Source: the human T2T-CHM13v2.0 reference genome, Homo sapiens. Taken from it: a stretch of 64,000 nt of DNA. The position numbers and the translations under genes are program-made. Under the pieces are notes generated by a model, which saw only the letters and a program-made list of their open reading frames with translations, did no database searches and had not been told where the DNA came from. The stretch lies in the NCBI RefSeq assembly GCF_009914755.1, contig NC_060927.1; one strand, 5' to 3'. Within the stretch, counting starts at the first letter, position 1, and each line of letters begins with the position of its first letter. Below are positions 1 through 14,000 of this stretch, in pieces.

Positions 1-384
1 AGGTGATAATAGTCACTGATTCACAAAATGTATGTGGTGGGAATAAATTTAGAGTTGATCTTATATATATCAGGCTCATTTTACAGATCATAAAACCCAC
101 AATGTTGGAATTAAAAATAATCACACCTTCATTTTGCATGTGAAAAGAAAAACTCAGAAAGTAAAAGCAATAACGTATGTGGCAGAAAATGCTTGGAACA
201 CAGATTTCTTGATATCAAAGAAGTAAGGAGCTAAGAAATCATGTCAGACAGCGTACACATCTTAACTGCTACACTATACCGCCCCTTGACGAAAAAGGAA
301 AAACAGTTAATAAACATGAAAAGTCCAATTTTAACAATAATAAAGATATGCAACTTAAAACAAGAAGAAATCACATTTCACATG

Positions 385-1246
385 TAGTTGATCTCATTAG
401 TCACAGTAATTATGTCCTATAAAGTTGTTGAGAATACTACAGTAGTGAGTACTGAGTCATTGCTTTTAAAAGAAATATAGGATAAGACTCCTGTAAGATT
501 TCAGTGACAACATTTTTGTCAAATGATTAATATATTAATATAATTTAATTTCATTATATACAGTAACTGAGAAGGGTTTAACATTTTCCTAATCCTGGGT
601 GACATGAACATAAATTTCTTTGGCATTTGGCATCACAACAAGGCTACCTACTATTCCTTTTTTTACTTGTCATCTTATAAATCTACAAAGTTCGCTGCTT
701 TTCCATCTTTTCCATGTCATCAGCCTGGACTATAGATGTTACTTGAGCATTTTTCCAGAGCTGCTCACATACAGAGGAACAAATTTTCACTTGCTTTTTC
801 TGGATGTAGCATAGCGTTGACTTATTAACATTAACCACATGTTCAACAGCACTATAACTCAGCCCTGAATGAAGCTTATTGGACATACGTATTTTCTCCA
901 GAAGACACATTACAGCTTTCTTACAGATAGGAACACTAGACAGCACTTTAGCACTGGGATTGGGGACCATTTTAAACAGCAAAACCACTAGCAAAAGCAC
1001 AAAAATGCAAAAATTTTGGCACTAAATTGACCTAAAAGCGATGCCTGTTTACAATAAGAAAGTTGAAACAAGAAGGCAGAGTGTTGCCTTGTTCAGCTTT
1101 AGCTGGATATGTGTCAAATTTTTTGCCCAACTTATTCATTCATGAATGCTCATGAATGACCAGGAAAGTGCTTCAGGGTTTCAAATACATCTTAATGAGT
1201 AGGCAAATTCAAGAATACAGAATTTATGAATAATGAGGACTGGTTA
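385..1246. mobile_element. TcMar-Tigger DNA transposon fossil (MER82/Tigger17-like)
   Basis: Ends resemble MER82 inverted termini (agttgatctcatta... / ...taatgaggactg). Minus ORF 683..1000 resembles the N-terminal HTH of a Tigger transposase. Confidence 0.7.
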
Positions 1247-1398
1247 TATATTGACAAAGAATTAGATAAGATTAGTGTTGGCAAGGATGAGGGACAGTGG
1301 ACACACTCCACTGCTGGTGTGTGCCTTTTGGATTAGTACAGAATTTCCAGAAGCCAACTTGGAAATACAAATCAGAAACTTTAAAATTGTTCACATGC

Positions 1399-2022
1399 TG
1401 TGATGGTTCATTTCATGTGTCAATTTGACTGGGCCACAGGTTGCTCAGATGTTTGAACAAACATTATTCTAGATGTTTCAGTGAGGGTGGTTCTGGATGA
1501 GATTAACATTTAAATTGCTAAACTGAGTAAAGCAGGTTGCCATCCTCAATGTGTGTGGGCCTCATCCAATCAGTGGAAGGTCTGACTAGAACAAGAAAGC
1601 TGATCTTCCTCTGAAAAGGAAAGAATTCCTTTGGCCTAATCACCTTCAAACTGGAACATCAGTTTTTTTCCTGCCTTTGGACTCAAACTGAAGCATCTAC
1701 TCTTAATGAATCTTGAGCCTTCAGATGGAACTACACTGGCTCTCCTGGTTCTCAGGCTGTCAGATTCAGCCTAGAACCTACACTACTGGCTCTTCTGGAT
1801 CTCCAACATGCTGAATCATCATGAAAATTTTGGGACTTGTCAGCTGCCATAATTGCATAAGCCAATTATTTATAATAAATCTCTTTACATACATATATAA
1901 ACACATGATGTATATGCATTCTATGTACACGCACAAATTGTGTGCATACATTTGAGCATATGTGTGTGTCCATATATATGCGTGTGTATTGGTTGTTTCT
2001 CTAGAGAGTCCTGAGAAATACA
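1399..2022 (+). mobile_element. MLT2 (ERVL) solo LTR nested in an old L1ME-like fragment (~1270-2390)
   Basis: TG...CA termini, start tgtgatggttcatttcatgtgtcaatttgactgggcc, perfect 5-bp TSD CATGC at 1394-1398 and 2023-2027. Confidence 0.85.
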
Positions 2023-2403
2023 CATGCTTTATTCCTGGAATTGTACTTCTAGGAATATATCCTGAGAAATTAATTGGACAGTATGCAAATAGATAGCTGT
2101 ATATGTACAGTATATGAGACTGTATATAATATATACAATACAGTATATAATAGCTGTATATCTTGTACATAATGAGAGGTTTGTGGGAAGAATATTTATA
2201 ATGGCAACAAATTAGGAAGAAAATAAACATCCACACAAGGTTTTTCATATATCCTACTATGCTATTATATCAAAAATTATGATATAGACATTTATTTATG
2301 TGAAAAGGTACTTACTTTAAAAATATTGAATAAAAATTTGCTAATGACCAAAAAAATTGCTAACTACCATATGTAGTAGAATCACATTTTAAAAATGTAT
2401 ATG

Positions 2404-5400
2404 GGATGTATCACACAGAGCAAGATGGCCAAATAGAACCCTCCAGTGATCACTCCCCCTACAGGAACACCACACTGAACAGCTATCCACACAAGAAAGC
2501 CCCTCGATAAGAACCAAAAATCAGATGAGCAATCATAGAACCTGGTTGTAACATCATACCAAAGGAAGAGACAGTGAAGTGGTAGGAAAGACAATCTTGA
2601 ATTGCTGACACTGCCCCTCTCCCATTTTCCAGCAGCAGACACCTGGTGTGGAGAGAGAATCTGTGTGCTTGGGGTAGGGAAAGCACAGTGATTTTAGGAC
2701 TTTGCATTGAACTTAGCATTGCCTGTCACAGTGGAAGGCAACACAGGGTAGAATTCAGCCAGCACCTATGGAGGGAGCATTTAGACCATCCCCACCAGAG
2801 AGAAATCATCCATCTCAGCAGTTAGAACCTGAGTTCCAACTAGCCGAACCTCTGCAGACTGAAGTGCTATGGGGTTCTAAATGCACATGAAAGGCAGTGT
2901 AGGCTACAGGGATTGCAAGTCTTGGTGCTTGCAAGGCTTGGATCCAGTGGACCTGGGATGCACATGACCTAGTGATACATTACCTGGGGTGGAAAATGGA
3001 GTGCTTGTGTCACCCCTCCCCCAACCCCAGGCAGTGCGGTTTGCAGTTCTGGAAGAGACTCCTTCCCTCTGTTTGAAGAGAGGAGAAGGAAGAGTAAAAA
3101 GGACTTTCTTTTAAAACTTGGATACCAGCTCAGCCACAGCTGGATAGGGCACCAGGCAGAGTCCTGAGGCCCACATTCCAGCCCTAGCTCCCAGATGTCA
3201 TGTCTAAACATACATTGGGCCAGAAGAGAATCCATTGCTTTCTGGGGTTTCCTTCTGGCCCAGGGAAGGAACCAGTTCTGGTAGGATCCATCAACTGTTG
3301 ACTAAAGAGTACTTGGGCTTTGAATAAACATCAACAGTAGCCAGGTAGTACTTGCTGCAGGCCTTGGGTGAGATCCAGTACCATTCTGGCTTCAGCTGTG
3401 ACTCAGAACATCCTCAGCTGTGATCATCATGGGGAGAGACTCTTTCTGCTTGAGGAAGAAGAGGGATGGGTAAAGGGGACTTTGTCTTGCAGCTTGGGTA
3501 CCAGCCGGGCCACAGTGGGTTAAAGCAAGGAGTGGGTTCCTGAGTCCCTTATTCTAGGCTTTGGCTCCTGGAAGGCATATCTGGACCCACTCTGGGCCAG
3601 AGGGGAGCCGACTTCCCTGAAAGTAGAGCCCTACGCCTGGCAGCCTTTACCACAGGCTTACTGAAGAGCCCTTGAGCCTTGAGTGAACATCAGTGGTAGC
3701 TAAGCAGTACTCACTGTGAGCCTGGGGTGGTAGTGGCCATGAGGAGAGACTCCTTCTGCTTAAGGAAAGTGAAGGAAGAGTGGGAAGAACTTTGTCTCGT
3801 GGCTTGGGTGCCAGCTCAGTCACAGTAGAAAAGAGCACAAACTAGATTCCTTAGGTTCCTGAAACTAAGTTTATAACTTAAAAAATGAAAAGCCTCAAAA
3901 AAAAAAAAAACAATATAATAATGCGTCTTAAACAACTAGCAAAGCAAGAGCAAACCAAACCCCCAATTAGGAGAAGAAATAATAAAGATCAGAGCAGAAA
4001 CAAATGGATTGGAATGAGGAAACAATACAAAAGATTAATGAAACAAATATTGGAGCTTTGAAAAGAGGAATAAAATCCACAAAACTTCAGCCAGACTAAG
4101 AAAAAAGAGTGAAGACTCAAATAAATAACATCAGAGATTGTTCTTCTTAAAAAAAGGGCACATCACAAATGATAGCAGAGAAATTCAAAGGATCATTAGA
4201 GGCTACTATGAGTAACTAAATGTCAATAAATTGGAAAACCTAGAATAAATGGATAAACTCCTAGACACTTGCAACCTACCAAGGTTGAACCATGAAAAAA
4301 CCCAAAATCTGAATAGACCAATAATAAGGGATGACAGCTAAGTTTTAATAAAAAAAGTCTCCCAGCAAAGAAAAGCCTGGGACCCAATGGCTTCACTGCT
4401 GAATTTTATCAACCATTTAAAAAAGAAATAGTATTAATCCTACTTCAACTATTCTGAAGTATAGAAGATGGGGGAATACTTCCAAACTCATTCTGTGAGG
4501 CCAGTATTACCCTGATACCAAAAAAACTTAGTATAGAAGAAGCATACCTCAATACAACAAAAGCCATACATGAGAGATCCACAATTAGTATAATACTGAA
4601 TGAGGAATAACTGAAAGCCTTTCCTCTAATATATGCAACACAATGAGGATGCCCACTTTCACCAATGTTATTCAACATATTACTGGAAGTCCTAACTAAA
4701 GCAATCAGAAAAGAGAAAGAAATAAAGGGCATCCAAAATGAAAAGGAAGAATTTAAATTATCCTTGTTTGCAGGTTATATGATCCTATATTTGAAAAAAC
4801 CTAAAGACTCCACCAGAAACTATTAGAACCCATAAATAAATTCAGTAAAGTTGCAGGATACAAAATCAACATACAAAAATAGGTAGCATTTCTATATGCC
4901 AACAGCAAACAATCTGACAAAGAATTCAAGAAAGTAATCCCATTTGTAATAGCTACAAATAAAATACCTAGGAATAAACCAAACCAAAGAAATTTTAAAA
5001 GTTTCTACAATGAAAACTATAAAACATTGATACAATAAATTAAAGAGGACACAAAAAATGGAAACATATTTTATGTTCATGGATTCTAAAAATTAATATT
5101 GTTAAAAGTCTATACTTCCTAAAGCAATCTACAGATTCAATGCAATCTCTATAAAAAATTCCAGTGACATTCTTCACAGAAATAGAGAAAATAATCCTAA
5201 AATTTATATGGAAGCACAAAAGACCCAGAATAGCCAGAGCTATCTTGAGCAAAAAGTTCAAAACTGGAGTAATCACATTACTTGACTTCAAATTATATTA
5301 CAGCGCTATAATAACAAAAACAACATGGACCTGGCATAAAAACAGACACATAAACCAGTGGAACAGAATAGAGAACACAGAAATAAATCCATACACCTAC

Positions 5401-6832
5401 AATGAACTCATTTTAGACAATGGTGCCAAGAACACACATTGGGGAAAGGACAGTCTCTTCAATAAATGGTGTTTTAAAAAACTGATATCCATATGCAGAA
5501 GAATGACACTAGACCCCTCTCATCAAATACAAAAATCAAATAAAAATAGATTAATGACTTAAATATAAGACCTTAAACTATGAAACTGCCAAAAGAAAAC
5601 ACTGGGGAAGTTTCCGAGAAATTGGTCTGGTCAAAGGTTTATTGTGTAATACCCCACAAGAACAGGCAACCAAAGCAAAAACAGGCAAATGGGATCACAT
5701 CAAGTTCATAAGTTTCTGCACAGCAAAGGAAACAATACAAAAGTGAAGAGATAATCCATAGAATTGGAGAAAATATTTTCAAACTATCCATCTAGCAAGG
5801 AATTAATAACCAGAATATACAAGGAGCTCAAACAACTCTATAGGAAAAAATCTAATAATCTATGAATGGGCAAAAATCTGAATAGACACTTCTCAAAAGA
5901 AGACCTACAAATGGCAAACAGATACATGAAAACATGCTCAACATCACTGATCACTGGAAAAATGCAAATGAAAACTACAATGAGATAGCACCTCACCACA
6001 GTTAAAACTGGTTTTATTCAAAAGACAGGCAATATTAAATGCTGATGAGGATGTGGAGAAAAGAGGCTTCTTGCACACTGTTGGTGAAATGTAAATTAGT
6101 ACAGCCACTATAGACAATAGTATGGAGGTCTCTCAAAAAACTAAAAATAGAACTACCATATGATCTGGCAATCCCACTGCTGGGTATATACCCAAAATAA
6201 AGGACATTAATATATCAAAGAGATATCTACACTCCTGTGTTTATTGCAGCACTACTCACAATAGCCAAGATTTGAAAGCAACCTAAGTATTCATCAACAG
6301 ATGAATGGATAAAGAAAATGTGGTACACATACATATTCCCAAGGTAGTATTATTCTGCCATTAAAAGAATGAGACGCAGTCATTTGCAATAACATGGATG
6401 AAACTGGAGGATATTATATTAAATAAAATAACCCAGACCCAGAAACACATGCTTTTTGTGTTCTCACTTACTGTGGGAACTAAAATTTAAAACATTGAAC
6501 TCATGGAGATAAAGTAGAACGATGGTTACCAGAGGCTAGGAAGGATGCGCGGGCAGGAAACGGGGATCGTTAAGGGGTACAAAAATATAGTTAAATAGAA
6601 TAAAGAAGAACGAGTATTTGAGTGCACAACAGGTTGAGCAAACAATAATTTATTGTACATTTTAAAATAATTTAAAAAATAGAATGGAAATGTTTGTAAT
6701 ACAAATGATAAATGCTTGAGGTGATGGATACCCCATTTACTCTGATGTAATTATTACACATGGTATGTCTGTATTAAATTATTTCATGTACCCCATAAAT
6801 ATGTACACTATGTACCCATAAAAATTAAAAAG
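2404..6832 (+). mobile_element. L1MA1-3-like LINE-1 with 5' UTR, internally deleted (no ORF1 or endonuclease)
   Basis: gagcaagatggcc 5' end. The 5' UTR runs to ~3862 then jumps into ORF2, with a second gap at ~4525. ORF2 remnant at 5164..5562. L1MA-type 3' UTR. Degenerate TSD aaaa(c)atgtatatg. Confidence 0.85.
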
Positions 6833-6974
6833 AAAACATGTATATGAATATATGTGGATAGAAAGACATTTAGCAGAAGTCTTCAGAGAAGTTTCTGTAA
6901 TGAATACATGTTGTTGCATTGTTTAATGAAGAAAAAAGCACATGATAGAAAAAAGGCTTTGTGACATAATAGAA

Positions 6975-7560
6975 GCAACTCTAGATTTGGTGTCAGGTGA
7001 CTGGGTTCTAAAGCAGCTCCTCAGTAATTTGATATGGTGACTAAACTACTCTGGTCCTTCTTTCCTTATCTATAATATGGAATTAAACTAACTAATCTCT
7101 GAGGTCTCTCCCAGTACCAAAGTTTCTTGGGACCATATTTCTTTGGACTTCTTGGTAAAGTTTTTAAGGGTTTGTAAGCCTCATGATCTCAACTCAGGAA
7201 TCTAAGGAAACACACCATGAACGATTTCTCTGCACATTAGCTGGTGGGACATTCCCCATCGATGGCTCTAATGCTAACTCTAACTTGGCTTGATCCTGTT
7301 TTCATGATACTGAAATGGAGGGACACAGATAAGATGTGGACTTTGCTTTGTCTGGTTGCATTGTCCTAATGTCCTAGAGAGAGGAGATAGTATATAGTAA
7401 AAAGAACATGGATGGCAGGATTTGAATTCTTACCCTAACAATTACTGATTCCAAGGAATGTTTTACACATCAGAAAAAAACAAAAATCTACTGGACAAGA
7501 GTTTTTGTGAGCTCCAAATTCATGAAGGCAGGTAAACTGCATAGAACACAATAAGCACTA
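6975..7560 (+). repeat. Two degraded MIR fragments (~6975-7120 and ~7385-7560)
   Basis: ctgggttcta.../ctttccttatctataatatgg and ggatttgaattct core-like motifs. Confidence 0.45.
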
Positions 7561-8358
7561 GAAAAAAAAGTACAGTAATTTTCTTTTCTTCTTCTTCCTT
7601 TCACAAATGACATATTCTAGAATCAGGTTGATTCTGTGAAAAACGGGAAAAGAGAGATAAGTTTTCTTCATAATTGTCCTAGGAGCTGAAGGTAATCTTG
7701 TTCTACTCAACAGTTACGTTATAGACAGCTGATAAATTGTAACTTACAATGAATATGTTGTCATAGCGGTAAAAAAAATAAATGCAAGTTAAGCAGTAAG
7801 AGAGAGGAAACAAGGATTTAATTTTGAGATCAATTTGGAACACAATTAAGGTGATGTAGGAATCTAATATTTCATTTGTGTCTAATAAAATACCTAGGCT
7901 TGCTAGTGATTATATGCAGAGTCATTTCCTGTCCCCTCTAATAGATAATAGCTCCGACACTGTGTCCTTTAACAAAGTGTCAAAGAAACAGTTCAATGTA
8001 CTCCAAGAGGAAAACAAATCACACCCTGCCAGACCTACATTATTTTGAGATTCTGCCCACTGAAGTAGGAACATATCCTAACCTTTTTTTTTTTTTAACT
8101 CAAGAAATCTGATGGTATCTTGGGAAAAAAGGTTATAGCTTTATCCTGAAAACTAATTCCATTATTTAGAAAGGACATCATGCAAACGAATGTTGATGCA
8201 TAACGGGGAACAAATGATAAGGCCTCTTAAGACCTCAAAAAACTTAGGTTTTTATAGTGAGGAATTCAAATGGTTAGTCAAAGAGATTATCTCCTAAATG
8301 TCCGTCTGTTCCCTGATCCCATTCTGATTTCTGATTACCTTCAAATGCTGTAAAGCTA

Positions 8359-8921
8359 CAGTTTTCCAACTATGTGCCAAAGCACCTCAAGGTGATGCAG
8401 AAAATCCATAGAGTACTGTGAGATGCTTTATATTTTTAAGGGAAACACAGTGGTCTTTAGCACCTGTCAGATGTTCCATGAATTAATTACAAGCTGAAGG
8501 TAATTCGCAGATTGTATACCATTCCCCTGCATGCCATCATATCTTTTAGAAGCTGGGTTTTTCACAGATTATGTAATAAAAAGCAAGGACTGCACAAAAA
8601 GTAATGTGGAACAGGAAGTGAGGGTAGTGGTGTCCAAACTGACTCCGAGGTTTGAGAAGCTGTGCAGTGCCTAATGAGTGCACTCTTCTCATTAGGAAGT
8701 AATTGTGATTATTCAAAAATGACATAAAATATTTTCTCTCTAAATTTATGTGGATTATTTTAAGCCGCTACTATTAATAATTTGCTAGGACATAAATACT
8801 TATTAAGTTGTTTGGACCTAACTATTTACTGTACTGAAGTGTCAGATATTTCTTTTGGCCTGGGATGCTGTGGAATAATATACACCAAGGGCCACCTGAA
8901 CAGAGAAAGTTTGGTAACTCT
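8359..8921. mobile_element. hAT-Charlie fossil (MER119-like)
   Basis: cagttttccaact... / ...aaagtttggtaactctg termini. Internal gaagctgggttttt...aatgtggaacaggaagtgagggt resembles a hAT transposase C-terminus. Confidence 0.65.
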
Positions 8922-9514
8922 GCCTTGCAGCTGTCTTCCACCTTGTCAAGATAGCACAGGTCAATGTTTTGTCTTCAACGGCATAGGTACAACAATAAAC
9001 TGCCTGAGAAGGCTGGGAAGTTTGTACTCCCTTTCATTAAAGCAGAGAAAGCGAAAATAAATTTTCAGTCATTAAGGTCTTTGCAACCTACTGAGAAATG
9101 TCTGCATGCCTCATGTTAAACATTTGTCACCTGAGGACAGCCATCTGTTCTTTACAATTTTCATTTGGCCATAACCTCCTCTCCTCTTGCCAAAAGTATT
9201 AGAAGGTTGATGGCTTGCTATACAAAATCAGGATGCTTTGGAATTGCCTATTGGATGTGCTTATTTGTAGCAACATTTATTTTATCTGACCTACTTTCTG
9301 CATTTCTCAAAAGATTCACATCTCATAAACATACTATTTAATTTCTAATAGTGTTCCAAATTGCAAGCACCCTAAAACAATTATTTCATTCTTCTGCTTA
9401 AATTAGAAAGCTGGAAAGTAAGTATTCAGACATTATCACTTACTCACATAAGACATGGCACAGAAACCCCAATCTACAATTGCTTACAAAAGATTCCAAA
9501 GAATATGTTTGAAG

Positions 9515-10200
9515 ACTTCTCTCTCTTTCCTCTACACTCTCTCTCTTTGGTGGAACTCATTCCACCTCATTGCTAGCATGGGATAATATCTATCAGGTGG
9601 CTCCCAAATTTCTGTCTTCTCCTTCTGAATTGTAGCAACACATTTCAAATTGCCCGGATATTTTACAGGCCCCACAAACATCATGTGCCCAAAAATGTAC
9701 TTACTAGCTTTCCTTTTATACTGCTTTTTCTCCTGCCTTTGTTTTTATGGCCATTTCATAGTCCAAATCTGTTACCTTTTACTACTCCTTCTTCCTTGTC
9801 CACAGCAACCAATTGGTTGTCAAGTCTTAGCAATTTATCTCTTCCACTCATCCTCTGCTCCCACTGCAGCTTCCCTGGTTCAGGCCATTAATCTCTTCTT
9901 ACTCTAGTGCATTCTTTGCAAAACAGCTAGAATGATCTTTACAAGATTCAAATAGGCTCATGTAAGCTCCAGACTTTGGTTTTGTATAATTTGACCCCTG
10001 CTTGTTTTACAAGTTTCATCTCAAGCTTCTTATCATCTCCACTAAGAGCTGTGGCCTTTTTTTTGGCTTCTCAACTATTTGTAGCTCCTCCCCAACTCAG
10101 AGCCAATATAATGCTATTCCCTCTACCTAAAAAGTTCCTACTTTGGCCTCCCTCCCCTTCTTAAAATTTGGGATCACTTTAGGCTCAAATTGATCTTCAC
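9515..10200. repeat. L2 fragment
   Basis: Pyrimidine-rich L2 motifs: ctcccaaatttctgtc, ccctggttcaggcca, agctagaatgatcttt. Confidence 0.55.
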
Positions 10201-10784
10201 CTAAATTCTATTCTTTTCTGGAGGAATTTTGATATGAGGAACCATATCTGCTGCCAGCCACTACTGCTCCCATTCCAACTCCAGGACCAAAAAAAAAAAA
10301 AAAAAGCTGTCAATTTAAGTTGCGCACAAGCTGGCTCCAAATTTGGAGGACACAACAGCCTAAATAAATATAAAACTAAGGTGGTGCAATGACCTATGTT
10401 AGCCACAATAGTGAAAAACTCAAGTGTGTATTGATCATAAGAAAAAAATCTTAAAAAGTAGTTGAAGAAGCCATGAGCAAAATCCTTTATTAGTTTTAAG
10501 TGGGAAAATCTTTTTTACCATGATTTACAACTTAGAAACCAAAAAAGAAAATATTAATATATTCTCAGAAAATATTTGCTTTGTATGTACCATAATGTAT
10601 ATTCAAGTGTCTACCTATTTATTCAATCATTCAATACGTATTTATTGAATCTCTGCTATGTTCTAGGCTTTGTGTCAGCTGCAGAATTGGCCCATCTTGA
10701 GGCAAGGGGGCTGGTCTTCCTCATTCTAATATCAGCCAGTGATTCACTGTGGGTTTTTCCCAGGTTGAAAGGTGCAAGTGTTAG

Positions 10785-11059
<275 letters not shown>

Positions 11060-14000
11060 AAAGGTGCAAGAAGGTTCAAGTGTAACTTCCCAAACAAGAA
11101 GCTCTTGTTTCCCCAAAGTCAGTACTTAAAGAAGACTAAGACTATGAGCTCTTAGCAGTCAGTACACACCAGCTGTGGGGTAGGCACACCAGCCTCGTAA
11201 AGGGTATATAGGATACCAACAACTTTTACTTCAAAGTAAAAATAAAATAATTTTAATCTTGGAAGCCCAAAATGGTACAACTCTCTCTAGGCATGGGTCT
11301 GATTAACACAAGCATTGTTGTAGGACTGGACAAGGATGTATTATGTTGCAGATAACTAGTTTTAACAGTGACATAGTGTGACAACACCAGAAGTAACGGT
11401 ATCCTCAAATTGGGGCCCACTATTTAATGGATTGATCTGTTCCTACCATTGCTTTTCCTTGAGGCATTTGAAAGAAAGATTCGCTTTCTTGAATTGAGTG
11501 AGCCAGGTCTTGATAGATTTAGGGAACAGAAAGGGATAACAAACCTTTTAGAAATCTATTATTTGAAGAGTACAAATGATTGCATTTTTAAAAATTAGAT
11601 ATGTGACCATACGTGAACCCATAAGCTAGCGAAGAGCACTTACAAAGTATGGGTTGGAGAGGAGAAGGTTATGGGTAGGTGCAGGAGATGCACCCTAAAT
11701 CTCTGTTTCTCCCCTCTAAGTGGGGCTGAGAGTTAATAACTTTGGAAATATATAATTATGCAGTGTATGAAGCAAACATTTATAATTAAATGCATAACTG
11801 TTTTATCAAACAGTCAATTTAAAGTGCTCTTTTGTGTTAGAGAGAAATAATGTTTTCTATTATTCCTCAATAAATACAAGATGGATACAGGTTGCCATTG
11901 TTTCGTTAAGTGAAAAGCCTTCTTTAACTAAAAATCTCTTCTACAACTTCTTTATTCTCAGTAGTAGTGTTTTGTGCAAAATGGCTTTACTCAAAACTCT
12001 TAGGAAAAAAAATATTAAAATTCGACACAAGAGAAGTCTTTTTCGTATTCACTTCTTCAAACTCCTTTCCTATCTCATTATTGCCAAACACGAAAAAAAA
12101 TCTGAAATGATGTGGAGAATTTAAGCAGGCAGCAATTTATCAGAAAGTGCAGGAGCATGCATTTAAAATGCTCATCTTCAAGAAAAAGAAGGAACAAATT
12201 TTTTAAAAATGACTTTATGTCAAACAAAATAATCAATATCTGGTTTTTAAAGAAGCAATTCCTAGCGAAAATAAAATCATTCACCCTTGTAGCTTTAAAC
12301 AACAAATTTTTATGCATAAGGAGAAAGGGGCATTTTCTAGAGAACTTAAAAAAAAATAAGTGGAAATTACTCATGGTCTATTATTTTAAAAGACTTGTTT
12401 CATGAAAATGAAATAATGCCCCATTCCTAATGCCCCAAAACCTTAAATAATTTCTCACAGAGTTTACTAAATAGGCAAAACAGAAGCACGTTTTAGCCAA
12501 CAAAACTTTTAAAAGGGAGTGTGTCTGCGTTTCATAAAGTATTATTTCACTTGAAGATCTCATACAGGCAACATGCCAATGGAGTTGTTTAAATAAGCTT
12601 TCAAAAACTACAGGCAATAAGAAAAGATACAAACTGTTTTCTTTAAAGGACATAAGGTGAAATATAAAGAGGGAAAAGTCAACCTTTTATAATCACCACT
12701 ACTAGCCTTTACTTTGTGTCCCCTAAACCTCTGATTTAGCCTTATTTGGTGTTTTGAAAGACTACAGTCTCTTAAGAGACAAAGATACTCATAGCATTCG
12801 CTAAAGCAAGCTGCTAAATTTCTTGCATCTAAAAGCATTTCCATATATGCTCAGATGAAAACCCTGCCTGTTGGTTCTCTTAATCATGTTTTTCAGCACA
12901 CTGACTCCGGAAATGTACAGTCTAGCCCTCGGGACGAGAGCAAAGCTCACATTTACTCACCAATTATTCAAGATTCCTTTTACTGCAGCATGTGTTCACT
13001 TTCTCCCTTTTGTGCATAAAAATGTGTTTGTAAAAATTACTTTGGAGCAACTGAACCACTGAATGAAGTTCAGAAGCAGGAAGCTGAAAACACAGATCTG
13101 AGGCTCAGATACATATAAATGAGTAATTCTACTATCTAAAGTTCACCATTAAAATTAGGGTGAGGCAGATAATCTTGTTTGTACCAGATAAGACAGCAGA
13201 ACAGTAAACGACGGATAGAAGGAATGTTTGTACACTTATGAATGAAAAGAGTGATGAAACGGAATAAGAAGCAAAGTTACATGGTAAACCAAGAAACGAT
13301 TTATAGAACAAGACTGTGAACACGGTATTCTAGAAAAGTGATCTATCAGGTGACAGTCGCTGCTGTGTGTGTTATCAAGAGATTTCCAAGTTGTAAATCC
13401 ACCTACACGGAAAAAACACGGCAAGAAATACATCTGTGTTTAGTGGGAAGGAGAGCATTGCACAGTCAATCATCTTGTGTTTAACATGCTGGTTCGGAAT
13501 CAAAATTTCCTTTAAAAATTGTTTATTCTTTCACTAATTTGCAGCTGAAGCACAATAATCATGCCACTGGTACTCAGTAGGAAGATTGCACACCTGGGGG
13601 ACCTGTTCAAGATAACAACTCAGAAGACAGGGTGGCGAGAACATGTATCTAGGGACCTCAGCCAAGGATGCTAAATATAAAGGACAAGGTTCGTTTAGGA
13701 GAAAGAATCCCTTAAAAAAAATGTTATTTTAAAAGAGATGTTGCTTCCACACTATGAGCAAGTCGTTTTCTCTGTCTAGCAGGAAGTTGAAAATACAGAT
13801 CGGAGGCTCAGCACATATATATGTGGCACTCTTCAATGTAAAGGACACAGTTGAAACATGGAGTGAAATAGATACCCTCATTTGCTTCATGCAACATTCA
13901 TTCTGACACGTATTATGTTAGTCCTCTTGTACCGTAGATGAAAAACCTAACAAAGCCATTTTCCAGGCACGTTTCCAAGTAGAGCTCTACATGTGGCCTG

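Noticed and set aside
683-1000. 105-aa transposase-like ORF as a domesticated Tigger gene
   Set aside because: Only an N-terminal fragment inside an ~860-bp internally deleted element, with no DDE domain.
11834-12844. Cluster of overlapping 78-98 aa ORFs
   Set aside because: K/F/L/N-rich composition reflects AT content. No recognisable domain or splice structure.
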